Source: Opitutales bacterium
GTDB lineage: Bacteria; Verrucomicrobiota; Verrucomicrobiia; Opitutales; PNEW01
Length of the DNA stretch: 64,000 nt
Direction of reading: 5' to 3'
NCBI GenBank assembly: GCA_965197745.1
Contig: CBDANS010000005.1
Span: 416,001 to 480,000 of the forward strand
In this document: positions 63,400 to 64,000 of the stretch, piece by piece
How positions within the stretch are numbered: position 1 is the first letter of the stretch
Layout: each line of letters begins with the position of its first letter
Translations under genes and position numbers: made by a program
The notes under the pieces: model-generated
What the model was told of the DNA's origin: nothing
The model's input: only the letters and a program-made list of their open reading frames with translations
Databases searched by the model: none

Positions 63400-64000
63400 T
63401 TATAATTCAGGGTCAGAGAGAAGTTTTCTAATTTCACCTAATGTTCTTTCTGTTGCGCCCTGATTGTCCTGGTACCACTGTTTCGCATTCTCGGCCATCT
63501 CAATAAGTTCATTATTTGACTTTAATAAAGCGACGGTAACTTTTCTTAGTTCGTCTACATCGTTGACACGCTTTGCCGCTCCCGTTTCTTCCAGGTTGTT
63601 ACATATCAGTCTGAAATTACTCGTTTGGGGACCGAAGAGGATGGGTTTGCCCAGGGCCGCGGATTCAATAGGAGTCTGACCTCCATCATGGGGTGGCAAT
63701 GATTTACCGATAAATACGAGATCAGCAGGTTGCGTCAGCATGACTAACTCGCCAGTGGTATCGGCAACATAAATCATTACAGAATGGGGGACTTTTTTAT
63801 TCATGGTGCGGAAATGAAAGGGGAGGGATTGTCGTTCGAGAAGGGATTTGATTTCTTTACGGCGTTCAGCATGGCGGGGAACAATGATCAGGCGACAATC
63901 GATTCCTTCATTAAGAACATCTTCAAATGCATGTAGTATAGCCAATTCTTCACCGGGCCAGGTAGAAGATCCCAGGAGTATCAACGGCTTATATTTTGAA
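63400..64000 (-). CDS. waaA: 3' part of Kdo transferase (start outside the window)
   Basis: GSSTWPGEE, VPRHAER, DTTGEL, GKSL...GGQTPIE.AALGKP. Confidence 0.9.
   Translation of the reverse strand, partial: SKYKPLILLGSSTWPGEELAILHAFEDVLNEGIDCRLIIVPRHAERRKEIKSLLERQSLPFHFRTMNKKVPHSVMIYVADTTGELVMLTQPADLVFIGKSLPPHDGGQTPIESAALGKPILFGPQTSNFRLICNNLEETGAAKRVNDVDELRKVTVALLKSNNELIEMAENAKQWYQDNQGATERTLGEIRKLLSDPEL

Overview
This is a 64-kb bacterial chromosomal segment. The gene set and order (lptC-lptA-lptB-hprK-dnaA, mcsA-mcsB-clpC without ctsR) suggest Verrucomicrobiota/Opitutae, which is an inference. It holds the probable replication origin upstream of dnaA and many housekeeping genes (ligA, large NAD-glutamate dehydrogenase, ilvE, ndk, ispDF, pcm, trpC, rsmA, glnD, valS, partial waaA). 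It also has an accessory patch at about 17.3-26.2 kb, two inactivated IS3-family elements, two IS110-family elements, an orphan tmRNA 3' fragment and several hairpin/REP-like repeat families. Two results stand out. (1) An intact IS110 element at 34299-35547 has a readable bridge RNA: its four guide segments match its own insertion site and circle junction, and perfect empty target sites lie at 26070 and 49594. (2) A family of 32-43-nt hairpin micro-insertions always converts GAA to G[insert]A; an identical copy sits in the same conserved codon of two divergent IS3 transposases. No CRISPR array, rRNA or complete tRNA was seen. All calls come from reading the sequence; no searches or folding programs were run.
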